From an uncultured Eubacteriales bacterium (GTDB lineage Bacteria > Bacillota > Clostridia > Oscillospirales > CAJFTT01): DNA of 54,046 nucleotides. The notes below the pieces were generated by a model, which was not told the origin of the DNA, ran no database searches, and saw only the letters and a program-made list of their open reading frames with translations. This document shows, one piece after another, positions 1 through 10,081 of the stretch (positions are counted from its first letter, which is position 1; every line of letters begins with the position of its first letter). The stretch is taken from positions 1 to 54,046 of the forward strand of contig CASDVX010000069.1 of the NCBI GenBank assembly GCA_949284545.1. Reading direction: 5' to 3'. A program made the position numbers and the translations under genes.

Positions 1-2468
1 GCGGCGTTGTCCCTTATAGCTTTTACCCTTGTGGCAAAAGCGACGTTTGAAGACTCGTTCTTTATGGTCAGCGTTATAACAGTGGATTCGCCGTCGTCTT
101 CCTTGGATGCGGAAGCGCTGTAGGACGCTTCGCCCAGATCCTTAAGCGCAGTATAATCCTGATCCTGCTTGCCGCGCCAATAATTATTTTCCGACAGAAG
201 GTTCCCGTCACTGTCCACCAACTTCAGCCTGATGAAGTAAACATCCGAAAGAGAAGAATTGTTTTTAAGGTTCGCCCCACCCGTGAAAAGATTAAAGCTG
301 TCCGTGGCAGTAGACCTCGCGGCGTTTACACTCTGGGTCTCGGTATAAACAAGGCTTCCGTCGAGGTTATATATCTCCGCGGTGATTTGCGCGTTGTTGT
401 AATCAATCAACGAATTGTTTATCACCTGTATTTCGCCCGTCGCATAATTGTACTGTACATGAACGACCTCGTTGGCGGACTTGCACCCGAAAAACGCGCC
501 GTTCTCTTCCATGTAGTAGTCGTATGTCTGCCACACAACCGCCGGCCAGCCCTGCTGGCTCATCCACAGCAACGCGCCGCTGGTGGACTCAAACATCCCC
601 ACGTTCCACGCCTCAAACATGGCCTTGAACGTCTCATAGTTTATGAGCTGTGCGTTTCTGCAGAAATCTTCTATGTCCTTGCAGGTCTCAGAACCCTTCG
701 CGCCGTAGCGATCATATATCCAGCTCACATACTTATCAAACTGCTTGTTACCGTACTGGTCGTTATCGGATTCATGGTGATCCCATACGTCGTTTGAGAT
801 GGCAGAAAGGGTGAGGTCCTCCTCTTCGAGGAAATTGCGCAGAGATTCAATATTCGGAATGTTTACGCAGCCGTATTCCGTGGTAAACCCTACGTTTCTG
901 CCGTTTGTAAAGTACCACTCAAGATCCATGATCTGATATGTTATGCCGCCGGTAAGCTCGTCGCTGTTGGAGGCGGATATATACGTGCGGGTCCCGTCAA
1001 GTTCATTTATCTCCTTGGCTATTTTCCAATCAAGAGCACCCGGGGGCGTAATTTCATTAGCGCCTATCCAGAAAGCCAGACACGCGTGGTTGCGTATACG
1101 CTTTATTTTGTCTCTCACATTGTCCATGAACATCCCGGTATCGTTGGGAGTTTCCGGACCGTTAAGCCAAAATTCATCCGCCACCATAATGCCGTATTCG
1201 TCGCAGTACTTATAAAATGCAGGAAAATCACTGGTCCCGTGCCAGCAGCGGATCATTGTGAAGCCTTCCTCCTTGGAAAGACGTATCGCATTCTCAAAAT
1301 CCTTGTCTGTCCAATTGAGCATAGACTCAGGTATTCCCCAGTTGCCTCCGCGGCAGAAAACCCGCTGTCCGTTGACATTCAGGATCATATCGTCCTCGGA
1401 GGTTTGTTCCCCGTCCGACGCCTCGTACTCATAGGAATACTCGCGCACGCCGAAAACCACGTCCTCGGCATCTGAAACGTCGCCTGATTTAAAGTATATG
1501 TTCATCGTATAGAGATCAGGGTCTCCGAGGCCGTTCGGCCACCACAGGTCGGGATCCTTCATGGTGATATCGTCTATCACCACGGAAACCGTCTCGCCTG
1601 CTTCTACGGACACTTTCTTGGAAAACTTATACTTTTTGCCCTCTCCGGAATTCGGCGTGAGCGTTCCGGTAATGCTGCCGGAAACCTTTTTATCGGTATG
1701 GTTGGTAACGTCGGTGGTTATCGTAACGTCGGCCTTATTATAATCCGGCTCGTTAAGATCAGTGGTTATAAACGGGTCATCAAGGGTCACGGCTCCGGAA
1801 GCGGAAAGGTAAACGTCCTTATATATACCCATGTTCCTGCCGGGAATCGCGGGCATCCAGTCCCACGAATTCGAACACAGGAACGACGGCATATCCTTCA
1901 CGTCGCTGTTGCACCAATGGATGTACACCGCAACCGAATTCATCTCGCCTACATTCACGTAGTCGGTTATGTCGAACTGTCCGCGGATAAACGCGCCTTC
2001 TATGCTGCCGACGCTGTTGCCGTTCACAAACACGTCGGCTTTCCAGTTGATTCCGTCGAAGTTCAGCCACACACGTCGTCCGTCATACGACGAAGGCACC
2101 TCAAAGTCCTTGCGGTACCAATAGTCAACGTTGTAATAACTCTCGTCCAGCTTCAGCATATTGTCGCTGTAATACGGGTCCGGGATTAGACCCGCATTAT
2201 AGTAGCTTGTAAGCACCGTGCCGGGAACGGTAGCGTTAAACCAGCCTTCTCCCGTGCTGTATCCGACTTTGCTCAAGTCGCTCCCCTGATCCGAAACATC
2301 CGGTACTCTGGACATGGTCCAGCCGCCGTTCAAGTCCGTGGTCTCCACGTGCTCAACCGCTCCGCTGATAAACAGTGAGCAGCTGCTCGCCGTCATCATC
2401 AGGACAAAGAGCGTGCAGACAGCCATTACCGCAGACAACAGCCGCCTAATGGGGATTTTTCTCATCAT
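1..2468 (-). CDS. Glycoside hydrolase family 2 (beta-mannosidase / exo-beta-D-glucosaminidase-like), secreted; C-terminus runs off the window
   Basis: The minus-strand frame is open from the window edge to ATGATG at 2468. It is missing from the ORF track because it has no stop inside the window. My translation starts MMRKIPIRRLLSAVMAVCTLFVLMMTASSC (signal peptide), then ...NATVPGTVLTSYYNAGLIPDPYYSDNMLKLDESYYNVDYWYRKDF...DLWWPNGLGDPDLY...FCRGGNWGIPE...FWIGANE, colinear with the GH2 at 2607-5450. RBS aaagga lies upstream. Confidence 0.85.
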   Translation of the reverse strand, partial: MMRKIPIRRLLSAVMAVCTLFVLMMTASSCSLFISGAVEHVETTDLNGGWTMSRVPDVSDQGSDLSKVGYSTGEGWFNATVPGTVLTSYYNAGLIPDPYYSDNMLKLDESYYNVDYWYRKDFEVPSSYDGRRVWLNFDGINWKADVFVNGNSVGSIEGAFIRGQFDITDYVNVGEMNSVAVYIHWCNSDVKDMPSFLCSNSWDWMPAIPGRNMGIYKDVYLSASGAVTLDDPFITTDLNEPDYNKADVTITTDVTNHTDKKVSGSITGTLTPNSGEGKKYKFSKKVSVEAGETVSVVIDDITMKDPDLWWPNGLGDPDLYTMNIYFKSGDVSDAEDVVFGVREYSYEYEASDGEQTSEDDMILNVNGQRVFCRGGNWGIPESMLNWTDKDFENAIRLSKEEGFTMIRCWHGTSDFPAFYKYCDEYGIMVADEFWLNGPETPNDTGMFMDNVRDKIKRIRNHACLAFWIGANEITPPGALDWKIAKEINELDGTRTYISASNSDELTGGITYQIMDLEWYFTNGRNVGFTTEYGCVNIPNIESLRNFLEEEDLTLSAISNDVWDHHESDNDQYGNKQFDKYVSWIYDRYGAKGSETCKDIEDFCRNAQLINYETFKAMFEAWNVGMFESTSGALLWMSQQGWPAVVWQTYDYYMEENGAFFGCKSANEVVHVQYNYATGEIQVINNSLIDYNNAQITAEIYNLDGSLVYTETQSVNAARSTATDSFNLFTGGANLKNNSSLSDVYFIRLKLVDSDGNLLSENNYWRGKQDQDYTALKDLGEASYSASASKEDDGESTVITLTIKNESSNVAFATRVKAIRDNA

Positions 2469-2519
2469 TGACCATTCCTTTCATGAAAAAGAGGCTGATT
2501 TTTGTGCATCTTGCCGCCT

Positions 2520-2548
2520 ATTATAACAGATTGTTCTGTGAATGTAAA
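2520..2548 (-). promoter_or_regulatory. Sigma-A type promoter for the secreted GH2 gene
   Basis: The minus strand reads TTTACA, 17 nt, TATAAT (-35 at 2543-2548, -10 at 2520-2525), about 50 nt upstream of the ATG at 2468. The spacer contains the small palindrome ACAGAttgtTCTGT. Confidence 0.5.
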
Positions 2549-2606
2549 CAATTTATTTGTTATTTCGGACGCATTGAAGTCCAGTGTTTTGCGCCTTCGG
2601 TTCGCG

Positions 2607-5450
2607 TCATCGGAATCCCTCGGCGGTTATGCGGCAGGCTGGAACGTTGAGGCCGGAAATTTCAAGTTCAGGAACCGCGCCGTATACGTCGGCTGCGTAT
2701 TTGAGTTCTATCCGCCGTTTTTCGCCGGGCAGCAGCCACACATAATTATCGCTGAAAAAGGCGGGAAGTATCCTGTCGTCCTCTCCTGCAGCCGCGTCTG
2801 ACCTTGCAGCTTTTATCCTCACACACGCCGCCACGGAATTTCCTGAATTTTCAAGGTCAATCTTGCAGCAAACCGTTTCACCGTCCCGGCGCGCTGCTGC
2901 GGCGGCTTTTATCTGAGCAAGGTCAAGTCGGGCAAGTTCTTTGCAATCGCAGTTGAACTTTGACCTCCAATAGAAATTATCGCTTATCGGTTTCCCCTGA
3001 TTATCCTTCATCAGAAGCTTTATGAAATGGACCTTTGAAAGCCCGTCCGCATCCTTTGACGACGTCCCGGCGGCCAGCACCATAAACTGGTAGCACGAAT
3101 AATTCCACATGGTGCCGCGGCGGGTGCAGATAAGCTTTACGTACCTCGCCTCACACTCTTCAAACATCAGGGTGTTAAGGCCGCCGTTTCCGCTGACAGT
3201 CTCTGCGACGGTTTTCCACGTCTCCCCGTCAGCGGAGACGTCAATATGAAAATCCGCCGCATAGGCATTTTCCCAGCTTATCCTCACTCCGTCTATGGCG
3301 TATACGCCCTCAAGGTCCACGCACAGCCAGCCTTCAGGGCTGCCGTCGCAGGTCCACCTGGTTATGTCGTTCCCGTCAAAGGCATTATTCGGGATATCTC
3401 TTTTGTTTTCACACGCAGACGCCGTGCCTTTTTTCCCGGCGGCAATGTTCACTGCAGTGTCTGCAAATATTTTCATTACTTCGACTGCGCTGCCTCCTCT
3501 GACATCCGCAGACGCTTCTCTGGCGAATTTCAGCTCGCCGTCCATGTTGTATACTTCGGCTGTCACTGTGCCGCTGAAATCCGCCGCGGTGTGGTTAACG
3601 GCCTTTACCGAACCCGTTCTGGCGTTCCACTGCACATGGAGCATCTCTGTTGCCTTCTTGGTACCGTAATAGCTTCCGAAGCAGTCCAAATAGTAATCAT
3701 ATATCTCCCATATAAGGGACGGCCACGCCGGCGCGCTCATCCACAGCAGCAGGCCGGAGCACCTGTCAAACATGCCGTCGTTAAAGGATTCGAATATCGC
3801 CTTGTATGTCTCAACGTTCACAAGCTGTGCTTTGCGGCAAAAATCCTCTATGTTGTCTGGACTGCCGTACCGCGCCGTGATTTCGTCGGTATATTTCTTG
3901 CTGTTTTTGTTCCCTATGCCGAAATTATAGTCGTGGTGTTCCCAAACGGGGTTCCCCGCCGGCCAAAGCTCTTCTTTTTTCATCATGCGGCGCATACTTT
4001 CAACGTTCGGTATGGTCTGCGTACCGATTTCCGTGATAAATCCCTCGGCGTGTCCGAAAAACCACGCCGGATCCTGTATGGTATATGTCGTACCTCCGTG
4101 TACGCCGTCGCAGTTAGATGCCGCTATGTACAGTCTTGTGCCGTCCAGCTCCTCAACTGCTTCGGGGAGCTGAACGTCGAGAGGCGCCGGTGGTACGGCT
4201 TCATTCTCCCCGCACCACAATACAATACAACACCTGTTGCGCAGACGTCTGAGCTTGTCTCTTGCGCTTTCCATAAACAGCTGCGGTTCCAGCGGAAGCT
4301 GTTTACCGTGAAGAGCAAAATCCTCAAACACCATTATGCCGTACTTGTCGCATGCATCGTAAAAAACATCAAAGTCGCTCGTCCCGTGCCAGGTGCGTAT
4401 CATATTTATTCCGGCTTCCTTATGCAGCCTTATAGAATCGTATATAAATCTGTCGCTGTGCTTGAGCATCGCATCCGGCATGCCCCAGTTTCCTCCTTTG
4501 CACAGCACGCGCACGCCGTTTATACTAAGTTCAAGGTCATGTCCATCCCTGTCGTATTCAAGCTTCCTGATACCGAATACCACGTTTTCCGACGAAGACA
4601 AATTGCCGCTGTCGTCAAATGTTTCGAGTTCCGCACAGTACAAAGGCTGTCCGCCGTATCCAGCGGGCCACCACACCTCGGGATTAAATACTGTAATTGG
4701 GTTTAACTTTACAGCTTTTGACGAGTGTGCAGGAATAACTACGCTGACGGAAAAATCTTTGTCGGCGGGATGCAGTCTCCCGTGCAGAATGCATTCCTCA
4801 TCCTTATCAGATACATTTTCTATTTCCGCAGATATGTTTACAGTGGCTTTTTTCATATCAGGCAAAACCAGATCAGAAGTCACAAACGGGTCCCTTATAA
4901 CAAGGCTTCCCGTCGCACCCACAGTCACCGGCCTGTACAGGCCCATGTTTCTTCCCGGAATCGCCGGCATAAAATCCCACCCCGCCGAACCGATAAACGT
5001 AGGAGTGTCCAACAGTCCGGAATCGCACCAATGTACATAAACCGCTACCGTCAGAGTCTTTCCGGGCTGCGCAATTTTTGTGATGTTGAATGTTCCGCGT
5101 CGGAAGGCTCCGTTGATGCTTCCGAGCTTTTTCCCGTTTGCAAAAATATCGGCCTTGTGGTTGACTCCGCCGAAATTAAGCCATATGTATTTTCCACCGT
5201 AAGACTCGGGGATTTCCGCTTCTCCCCTGTACCAATAATCGGTGTTGTAGTAGTCCTGATCAAGTTTAAGTATGTTGTCGCTGAAATACGGGTCAGCTAT
5301 TTTCCCGGCTTTTTCGTAACTGTAAAGGACCGTCCCCGGTACCGCAGCGTTTATCCACTGTTCTCCGCATAAAAATGTATTTTGGGATATTTTTTCCCCC
5401 TCATCTTTTACATCCGGAACTCTGGCTATTTTCCAGCTTATTTCACACAT
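2607..5450 (-). CDS. Glycoside hydrolase family 2 with an internal F5/8 type C (discoidin) module; no signal peptide
   Basis: 952-aa ORF with GH2 motifs (AAVPGTVLYSYEKAGKIADPYFSDN, VWWPAGYGGQPLY, LCKGGNWGMPD, WCGENE) and a discoidin-like segment NAFDGNDITRWTC...WLCVDLEGVYAIDGVRISWENAYAADFHIDVSADGETWKTV. The track start at 5465 is TTG. The ATG at 5450 (MCEISWKIARV) has a GGGAG RBS 8 nt upstream. Confidence 0.9.
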   Translation of the reverse strand: MCEISWKIARVPDVKDEGEKISQNTFLCGEQWINAAVPGTVLYSYEKAGKIADPYFSDNILKLDQDYYNTDYWYRGEAEIPESYGGKYIWLNFGGVNHKADIFANGKKLGSINGAFRRGTFNITKIAQPGKTLTVAVYVHWCDSGLLDTPTFIGSAGWDFMPAIPGRNMGLYRPVTVGATGSLVIRDPFVTSDLVLPDMKKATVNISAEIENVSDKDEECILHGRLHPADKDFSVSVVIPAHSSKAVKLNPITVFNPEVWWPAGYGGQPLYCAELETFDDSGNLSSSENVVFGIRKLEYDRDGHDLELSINGVRVLCKGGNWGMPDAMLKHSDRFIYDSIRLHKEAGINMIRTWHGTSDFDVFYDACDKYGIMVFEDFALHGKQLPLEPQLFMESARDKLRRLRNRCCIVLWCGENEAVPPAPLDVQLPEAVEELDGTRLYIAASNCDGVHGGTTYTIQDPAWFFGHAEGFITEIGTQTIPNVESMRRMMKKEELWPAGNPVWEHHDYNFGIGNKNSKKYTDEITARYGSPDNIEDFCRKAQLVNVETYKAIFESFNDGMFDRCSGLLLWMSAPAWPSLIWEIYDYYLDCFGSYYGTKKATEMLHVQWNARTGSVKAVNHTAADFSGTVTAEVYNMDGELKFAREASADVRGGSAVEVMKIFADTAVNIAAGKKGTASACENKRDIPNNAFDGNDITRWTCDGSPEGWLCVDLEGVYAIDGVRISWENAYAADFHIDVSADGETWKTVAETVSGNGGLNTLMFEECEARYVKLICTRRGTMWNYSCYQFMVLAAGTSSKDADGLSKVHFIKLLMKDNQGKPISDNFYWRSKFNCDCKELARLDLAQIKAAAAARRDGETVCCKIDLENSGNSVAACVRIKAARSDAAAGEDDRILPAFFSDNYVWLLPGEKRRIELKYAADVYGAVPELEISGLNVPACRITAEGFR

Positions 5451-5621
5451 TTGCTTCACTCCCAAAGGATTTGATTATGTAATTGTAACAGAAAAAACAC
5501 CTCATTTCAATTAGATTGTGGCTTTTATCTGCTGTTATTTGTCACAAAAATATAACGCTTGATTTGTGCATAATATCTTTTCCGAGGCATATCAATGCTC
5601 ATGAAAAAGGGATACACATAT

Positions 5622-5650
5622 TTGACTTTTCGGCGTTTGTATAATATAAT
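5622..5650 (+). promoter_or_regulatory. Sigma-A type promoter upstream of the tepA-like gene
   Basis: TTGACT (5622-5627), 17 nt, TATAAT (5645-5650). Confidence 0.5.
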
Positions 5651-5757
5651 GCGATGTGTGCAACAAGCGGCGACGGATAATGGAATGTTTTGAGGGAATA
5701 ACATTGTGGCAGACCTGTTTTTACGGTTTGTAAAATTGCCGAAAACGGCGTCAGGAT

Positions 5758-6549
5758 GTGCTTACCACAATGTGCGACGATAACGATATGATTCCGTCCC
5801 CTCCGGAGGTGACCATCCCGCCGGATTCTGTTCCCGATACCGACGGTATGCCGCCGGACGGTGCAGAAAAACCGGATGGACACGGTCCTGCTGACAGCGT
5901 CACTGATCTCTCGTCCGTTACCACAGGCGACGGCCGACATACCATACACTGTCTCACTATTGCCGGCCAGATCGAAGGGCATTACTCGCTCCCGGCACAG
6001 AGCAAATCCACAAAGTATGAGCATATGATACCACAGATAGTAGCCGTGGAGGAAAGCCGGGACATAGACGGTATGCTCGTTCTCCTCAATACCGTGGGCG
6101 GAGATGTCGAAGCCGGACTCGCCATAGCCGAACTGATAGCCGGGATGTCCAAACCTGCAGTTTCGCTTGTTCTTGGCGGCGGTCATTCCATAGGTGTCCC
6201 TCTCGCTGTCAGCGCACGGAGATCCTTTATAGTGCCCAGCGCCACCATGACTATTCACCCGGTCAGGCTCTCAGGCCTGGTTTTGGGGGTGCCGCAGACG
6301 TACCATTTTTTTCAGAAGATGCAGGAGCGTATCACCGATTTTATAATAAGGCACAGCGGGATCTCGGAAGAACGTCTCACAATGCTCATGATGAACACCA
6401 ACGAACTCGTTCTGGACATAGGAAGTGTTTTAGACGGCGAGCAGGCCGTGTCCGAAGGCCTCATAGACGAATTGGGATCGCTCTCCGACGCGCTTTCGTG
6501 TCTGTATAAAATGATTGACGACGCGCGGGAAAATCCCGCGCAGGATTAA
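5758..6549 (+). CDS. tepA: ClpP-fold serine protease-like protein, TepA family
   Basis: The core [80 protein letters not shown] matches the ClpP/TepA fold, with Ser (GHSIG) and His (TIHP) in place. The N-terminus is proline-rich. The start is uncertain (GTG 5758 or ATG 5770). Confidence 0.7.
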   Translation: MLTTMCDDNDMIPSPPEVTIPPDSVPDTDGMPPDGAEKPDGHGPADSVTDLSSVTTGDGRHTIHCLTIAGQIEGHYSLPAQSKSTKYEHMIPQIVAVEESRDIDGMLVLLNTVGGDVEAGLAIAELIAGMSKPAVSLVLGGGHSIGVPLAVSARRSFIVPSATMTIHPVRLSGLVLGVPQTYHFFQKMQERITDFIIRHSGISEERLTMLMMNTNELVLDIGSVLDGEQAVSEGLIDELGSLSDALSCLYKMIDDARENPAQD

Positions 6550-6565
6550 GGAGCTGTACATAAAC

Positions 6566-7405
6566 ATGGCCGAATACATTGAAGCTGTCATCCTCGGTAT
6601 CATACAGGGGGTAACCGAATTTCTTCCCGTGTCTTCGAGCGGGCATCTTGCCATTGCTCAGTTTTTTATGGAAACGTCGGAAGAACCCCTCCTGATGAGC
6701 ATTCTCCTGCATTTTGCCACTCTGGTAGCTGTGGTGATATGTTTCCGCAGAGATGTTATCGGCATAATCACTGAATTTTTTCTCTGCATAAGAGATCTTT
6801 TTGCCGGCAAATTCAGCTGGAAGAACGCAAACCAGCATCGCAGGATGATGATACTGATAGTAATAGCCACCCTTCCACTGTTTATTGTGCTGCCTTTCAA
6901 GGACGCCGTCGAATCGGTTTCGTCAAATATTTTTGCCGTTGGGATATGTCTTGCAGTCACCGGAGTTCTGCTTTTTGTCAGCGACAGGGTGTCGCGCAAG
7001 GCACACAGGAGCGGAGAAAAAGCGCGAGTGTCGGACGCGTTGGCCATAGGCGTGGTACAGGCGTGCGCAACGCTGCCAGGCCTGTCCCGCTCCGGTTCCA
7101 CCGTTTCTACTGCTCTCATATTGGGACTTGAGCGTGAGTATGCCGTATCTTTTTCTTTTATATTGAGTCTCCCCGCCGTATTCGGTGCCACACTGCTGCA
7201 GGTCGCGGACGCCGTTGAGTCGCATGCGGAATTTAAGGCGTCCTACCTTGTGGGCATGTTCACGGCCTTTGTCGTAGGGATTGCGTCGATAAAGCTCATG
7301 AAGTGGCTGGTTCGCTCCGACAAATTCGGTAAATTCTGCTATTACTGCTTTGCCGTAGCGGCTTTCGCCGTAGGAGTCGGCATTTACTCCATGACCTCGC
7401 ACTGA
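6566..7405 (+). CDS. uppP: Undecaprenyl-diphosphate phosphatase (UppP/BacA)
   Basis: MAEYIEAVILGIIQGVTEFLPVSSSGHL is the signature UppP N-terminus; the protein is a multi-pass membrane protein. AAGGAG RBS at 6547-6552 precedes the ATG at 6566. The track ORF begins upstream at 6515. Confidence 0.9.
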   Translation: MAEYIEAVILGIIQGVTEFLPVSSSGHLAIAQFFMETSEEPLLMSILLHFATLVAVVICFRRDVIGIITEFFLCIRDLFAGKFSWKNANQHRRMMILIVIATLPLFIVLPFKDAVESVSSNIFAVGICLAVTGVLLFVSDRVSRKAHRSGEKARVSDALAIGVVQACATLPGLSRSGSTVSTALILGLEREYAVSFSFILSLPAVFGATLLQVADAVESHAEFKASYLVGMFTAFVVGIASIKLMKWLVRSDKFGKFCYYCFAVAAFAVGVGIYSMTSH

Positions 7406-7442
7406 ACATACTATCAACTTTTTTGAAAGGACGCTCCTACAT

Positions 7443-9986
7443 ATGTCTAACAGCCGCCGTTCTTCCCCGGCACAGCGCAAAAAAAACGCATCTTCCGGAA
7501 CTCACGCCTCTAAAGCCGCGTCCGCCTCAAAAGTTTCGTCGTCAAAGCATCCGTCGGAACGTGATGTGGCAAAGAGGCGTCAGCGCGGCGCGCTCATCGC
7601 CGCCGCTTTTGCGCTCATACTTACTGCCATACTCATAGTCGGGCAGACCGGAGCTGCCGGGAACGGTATAAAATCCTTTTTTGCCGGTCTTTTCGGCTTT
7701 TCGGCTTTTTTGATCCCCGTCATCATTTTTTACGTCGCACTCATGGCGGCGGCGGACAAGCCTACTTCCTCAGTGAAATCGAAGGTTTTTCAGGGGCTCC
7801 TGCTGTTGCTTCTCATATGCGCGGCCGGGCATGTATTTATATTCGGCAAGACCGGACAGGGCGTCCGATTTGAGGATATTTTTTCTGCTGAATACCTTGG
7901 CGGCTTTTTTGACTTCGCGAATATGGGATGGTTTTCCGGCGGAGCCGTTGGTGCCATAGTCGGCGGAAGCATGCTTGTGCTTTTTGACAAGCCCATATCG
8001 ATAGTTATATCTATTGTGCTGATATGTCTGTTCATTCTTCTTGTCGGATCGGTGGGGTTGTCAGACGTCTTAAATTTTTTCCGAAGTGTGTTTGGTTCCC
8101 GAGGCGGCAAAAAGGAATCAATTGTCATTGAAAAAACCGCGGACAAAATTGCCGCATCTGCTTTGGAGGAGACTGAAGGTCATGGCTCACACCGGCGTCC
8201 GAGATTTAATCCTGACGTGGATCTCGGTCCCGGATTTGATGATGCCGGAAGTCTCGCTGACATTCAGGCGGTACCCGCCAGAAAAAAGCCCAGTGTTAAA
8301 TCCACCCCCGCGGATGGCGAGGTCTTTGATATTCCGGAAGCAGAGACGCACGAATCCGCGCATCAGGAGCATGAATTTCAGATTGACGACCTTGTCAGGC
8401 ACGCTGCCGAGAAAGCTGACAAAAGGGAAGAAAAGTCAAGCGAGTCCGACACGCCGGAAATCGAGATACCCGAACAACGCATGGAGCCTGCAGGCATAGA
8501 ATATATATATCCACCCATAAGCCTGCTGAACAAAGGCTCGTCGTCCGGGAGCGGTTCCCCGGAAGAGCTGAAGGCAAACGCGGAACGTTTGGTAGACACT
8601 TTGCGCAGTTTCGGCATTGAAACCAGAGTCCTGAACATATCCTGCGGCCCCACTGTCACAAGGTACGAGCTCCAGCCTGCCGCCGGTGTTAAAATCAGCC
8701 GTATCATCAGCCTGTCTGACGATATAGCTATGAACCTCGCTTCTTCCGGGGTGCGCATAGAGGCCCCTATACCTAATAAATCCGCTGTCGGCATAGAAGT
8801 GCCAAACAAAAAAATAAAAGTGGTGAATCTGCGGGAAGTTATAGATTCAAGCGCGTTCCGCCGCAGCGAAAGTACACTCACTGTAGCGCTGGGGCGGGAC
8901 ATCGCCGGTGCAGTCAAAACGACAGATCTTGCAAAAATGCCTCATTTGCTCATTGCCGGAGCTACCGGATCAGGAAAGTCAGTGTGTATAAATTCGTTCA
9001 TAATAAGTCTGCTTTATAAGGCAAGTCCCGACGAAGTAAAGATGATAATGGTGGACCCGAAAATGGTCGAACTGGGAAACTACAACGGGATACCCCATCT
9101 GCTCATACCTGTGGTCACCGATCCGCGCAAAGCTGCAGGTGCTCTCAATTGGGCGGTTTCAGAAATGACAAAGAGATACAATATCTTTGCGGCGCACAAT
9201 GTTAAAAATATCAGCAGCTACAATCAGCTCGCCAAGTCAACGCCCGAGCTTCTGCCAATGCCCAAAATCGTGATAATAGTCGACGAACTTGCCGATTTGA
9301 TGATGGTAAGCAAGAATGAGGTAGAGGACGCAATAAGGCGTCTGGCCCAGCTTGCGCGCGCCGCCGGCATGCACCTTGTGATAGCAACTCAGCGTCCGTC
9401 GGTAGATGTTATCACCGGGCTTATCAAGGCCAACGTTCCGTCCCGTATAGCCTTTGCGGTATCGAGCCACATTGACAGCCGCACAATACTTGACGGGGGC
9501 GGAGCCGAAAAGCTCTTAGGACGCGGCGACATGCTGTTTGCGCCCATAGGTAACAACAAACCGGAACGCATACAAGGCTGCTTTGTTTCGGAACAGGAAG
9601 TAGACGCGGTTATCAATTTTGTACGCAGCAACTATGCGGTAAACTACGACGAAAATATCCAGGAGGAGATCGAGCGCCTTGCCACAAAGGAGAAAGGGCA
9701 GTCTTCCGACGCAAATGAAACTGAAAACGAGAATCGCGCCGGGGATGAAAAACTAATGGCGGCTATTGAGATAGTGATAAGCGCCGGAACTGCTTCTACC
9801 TCCCTGCTGCAGCGAAAACTGAGTCTGGGATATGCCAGAGCGGCCAAAATAATGGACGAAATGGAAGAACGCGGTATAATCGGCCCGTCTCAGGGAAGCA
9901 AACCGCGTGAGGTCCTTATGTCGCGGCAGCAATGGCTTGAAATGAACATGATGCGCGACTCTCAGCAGCCGCGTGAGGACGCATGA
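7443..9986 (+). CDS. ftsK: DNA translocase FtsK/SpoIIIE
   Basis: 847 aa with N-terminal TM segments, a linker, a motor domain with Walker A (LIAGATGSGKSVCIN) and IVIIVDELADLMM, and a C-terminal gamma domain (SLLQRKLSLGYARAAKIMDEMEERGIIGP). Confidence 0.95.
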   Translation: MSNSRRSSPAQRKKNASSGTHASKAASASKVSSSKHPSERDVAKRRQRGALIAAAFALILTAILIVGQTGAAGNGIKSFFAGLFGFSAFLIPVIIFYVALMAAADKPTSSVKSKVFQGLLLLLLICAAGHVFIFGKTGQGVRFEDIFSAEYLGGFFDFANMGWFSGGAVGAIVGGSMLVLFDKPISIVISIVLICLFILLVGSVGLSDVLNFFRSVFGSRGGKKESIVIEKTADKIAASALEETEGHGSHRRPRFNPDVDLGPGFDDAGSLADIQAVPARKKPSVKSTPADGEVFDIPEAETHESAHQEHEFQIDDLVRHAAEKADKREEKSSESDTPEIEIPEQRMEPAGIEYIYPPISLLNKGSSSGSGSPEELKANAERLVDTLRSFGIETRVLNISCGPTVTRYELQPAAGVKISRIISLSDDIAMNLASSGVRIEAPIPNKSAVGIEVPNKKIKVVNLREVIDSSAFRRSESTLTVALGRDIAGAVKTTDLAKMPHLLIAGATGSGKSVCINSFIISLLYKASPDEVKMIMVDPKMVELGNYNGIPHLLIPVVTDPRKAAGALNWAVSEMTKRYNIFAAHNVKNISSYNQLAKSTPELLPMPKIVIIVDELADLMMVSKNEVEDAIRRLAQLARAAGMHLVIATQRPSVDVITGLIKANVPSRIAFAVSSHIDSRTILDGGGAEKLLGRGDMLFAPIGNNKPERIQGCFVSEQEVDAVINFVRSNYAVNYDENIQEEIERLATKEKGQSSDANETENENRAGDEKLMAAIEIVISAGTASTSLLQRKLSLGYARAAKIMDEMEERGIIGPSQGSKPREVLMSRQQWLEMNMMRDSQQPREDA

Positions 9987-10081
9987 CCGTCTTGTTTTAG
10001 GCAGAGTGGCGCGTGTATCGCATCAGCGATGGCCGTCTCCGAATATTTCAGATCTCAGTTCAAAAAAAGTACGGTGATAGT

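Noticed and set aside
3246-4706. 486-aa ORF on the + strand, unusually long
   Set aside because: It lies entirely antisense to the well-supported GH2 gene. Its composition is Arg/Val/Pro-rich with no recognisable motif and no RBS. It looks like a typical shadow ORF opposite a GC-rich third-position-biased gene.
5599-6258. 219-aa minus-strand ORF overlapping the tepA-like gene
   Set aside because: It is antisense to a gene with clear ClpP-fold motifs, it spans the + strand promoter region, and it has no recognisable domain.
6658-7480. Minus-strand ORFs 6658-7191 and 6923-7480
   Set aside because: They are antisense to uppP, whose signature N-terminus and membrane topology are unambiguous.
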